Of a stretch of 55,113 nucleotides of DNA, positions 53,766-55,113 are shown piece by piece. The stretch covers positions 1 through 55,113 of the forward strand of contig JBDUAO010000001.1 in the NCBI GenBank assembly GCA_040004595.1, given 5' to 3'. How positions within the stretch are numbered: the stretch's first letter is position 1; each line of letters begins with the position of its first letter. The stretch is from Candidatus Dormiibacterota bacterium. GTDB lineage: Bacteria > Chloroflexota > Dormibacteria > Dormibacterales > Dormibacteraceae. The notes below the pieces were generated by a model. The model had not been told where the DNA came from. It was given only the letters and a program-made list of their open reading frames with translations, and ran no database searches. A program made the position numbers and the translations under genes.

Positions 53766-55113
53766 ATGAATTCCGAGCGAGCGACGTTCATCACGCGGAT
53801 AGCGCTATCCGCATCCACCGCGGTCTTGATCCTGGGCGGCGCCACGCTCAACGCGAACGGCCGCGTCGGGCAGAGTGCTCTGCTCGCGGTCATCGCCGGA
53901 TTGCTTGCGCTGCTGGCCGGCGCTCTCAATCGGAACTGGAAATTCGCGGTCCCTCTCGGCATCGGCGCCATCGTGCTGACCGTGATCACGACGCTGTTCA
54001 GCCTTCCCGAGATCGGGGGCTTGGTGCTGCTGGCACTTGGAGGATTTGTGGGCAGCCTTGCCTACCGGAGCTTCACCGGAGCGATGCGGCGCCAGCTGGA
54101 GGGCATGACGCGATTGAACGCGCAGCTCGACGAGAAGCATCACGCCTTCATGGCCGCCACCTCCGACGCCGACAGCGGTGCCCAGCCGGGAGACGTTGCG
54201 GCATTGACCGCAAACATCGCCAACCAGATCGGCTCGGCCTTCGCCTGTTACTTTCTCGCGTCTCCTGACGGTAAGCAGTTCGTGCCCCAGCCGCCCGGAA
54301 TCGGCCTCGAGCGGCTCCACCCCCAGCCGGTCAACCGGGTCCCCGGCGGGGCCGGCCCGCTGACGGCGGCGATGGAGGCCGGCCAGGAGTTCGTAGGGCA
54401 CGACGACAGCGGGTTACGGGAGCTCGCGCACTACCTCCCCGAGGACCTTCACGTCGAGAGTCTGATGGCGGTGCCGATGCCGATCGGGGAGCACATCGGC
54501 GGATTCGTGCTGCTGGGCAACAAACCGGGCGGCTTCACCGACGACGACCGGCGCCTGGCGCGCACGCTGACCCTGCGCGCGGGGGCTCAGCTGGCCAGCG
54601 CGCACGCCGTGGCGCTCTCGAGGAAGGACTCAGCCCGCTACTCGCTGATGAACGAGCTCGTAAAGGAAGCCTCAGGCAAATCGATGAAGGAGGTCCTGGA
54701 ACTCGTCCTCGACAAGGGGAAGCAGGTGATCCGCTACGACGCGGGCAGCGTCGCCTTGTTCCAGCCGGACAACACATACGTCGTACTCGGCGAATCCGGT
54801 GGCTCGCGGCCGATCGCGGGGCCGTTGGCAAAAGTGCGGGACGGCGAGACAGTTCTGAGGAGCCTCGTCACTGTCGACGAGGGTATTTACAGCGGGCTCA
54901 TTCCAGGTACTGAGGGCGGCACGACCAACGAGGCGCTGACGCCGATCCGCGGCAGGGACGGCGTGTTCGGCGCTATCTGCCTGGGCAGGAATGGCACGAC
55001 AGGGTTCAACCAACGCGACATCGCCGCGCTGGAGGAGCTTGGATCAATGGCCGGCGTCGCCGTCGAGAACTCACGAATTCTCCAGGTGGAGCGCAGCCAG
55101 GCCTCGAAGCTGG
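53766..55113 (+). CDS. membrane-anchored tandem-GAF sensor protein, 5' partial (runs off the window)
   Basis: The frame from ATG 53766 is open to the window end and is not in the ORF track because it has no stop. About 4 TM segments are followed by two GAF-like regions (LMAVPMPIGEHIGGFVLLGNK; AICLGRNGTTGFNQRDIAALEELGSMAGVAVENSRIL). The minus-strand ORFs listed here are antisense artefacts. Confidence 0.7.
   Translation, partial: MNSERATFITRIALSASTAVLILGGATLNANGRVGQSALLAVIAGLLALLAGALNRNWKFAVPLGIGAIVLTVITTLFSLPEIGGLVLLALGGFVGSLAYRSFTGAMRRQLEGMTRLNAQLDEKHHAFMAATSDADSGAQPGDVAALTANIANQIGSAFACYFLASPDGKQFVPQPPGIGLERLHPQPVNRVPGGAGPLTAAMEAGQEFVGHDDSGLRELAHYLPEDLHVESLMAVPMPIGEHIGGFVLLGNKPGGFTDDDRRLARTLTLRAGAQLASAHAVALSRKDSARYSLMNELVKEASGKSMKEVLELVLDKGKQVIRYDAGSVALFQPDNTYVVLGESGGSRPIAGPLAKVRDGETVLRSLVTVDEGIYSGLIPGTEGGTTNEALTPIRGRDGVFGAICLGRNGTTGFNQRDIAALEELGSMAGVAVENSRILQVERSQASKL

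Overview
High-GC (about two-thirds G+C by eye) chromosomal window from a monoderm-style bacterium. The gene order resembles Firmicutes, Chloroflexota and Actinomycetota, and the phylum cannot be fixed from the sequence alone. I support about 57 protein genes. I found no rRNA, tRNA, CRISPR array, IS element, integrase or prophage. Most of the window is housekeeping: five aminoacyl-tRNA synthetases (thrS, metG, alaS, aspS, hisS), rRNA and tRNA modification genes, shikimate genes, scpAB, recN, efp, nusB and rel. Between about 12.0 and 35.4 kb nearly every gene lies on the minus strand. Many neighbours share 4-nt NTGA start/stop overlaps. The accessory part is an atypical Tad/Flp-type pilus locus (39.5-50.9 kb) split into two divergent operons with unusual regulatory parts. 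These are a TadZ/CpaE-like protein whose N-terminus looks like a cyclic-nucleotide-binding domain, a HEAT-repeat protein, and a sensor-less hybrid histidine kinase with degenerate ATP-binding boxes and a pseudo-receiver, placed just downstream of cpaF. No flp pilin or local prepilin peptidase was found. The only A24 peptidase sits 15-20 kb away inside the shikimate operon. Other points worth a second look: (1) an actin-like (FtsA/PilM-type) ATPase plus a 523-aa single-pass membrane protein inserted into the conserved alaS-ruvX-DUF1292-mltG block; (2) two genes (aroK, aroE) whose conserved N-termini are only recovered with CTG starts in CTGA overlaps, and a tatD-like gene that seems to need an ATC start; (3) a two-member GC-hairpin repeat family with near-identical ends and a 60-nt versus 202-nt body; (4) a tandem 48-bp hairpin repeat upstream of a sigma-factor gene; (5) a 20-nt triplication at the recN start; (6) an orphan, apparently leaderless AAA+ ATPase; (7) an Arg-type EF-P. 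All functional calls come from reading motifs in the supplied translations. No database search was run.
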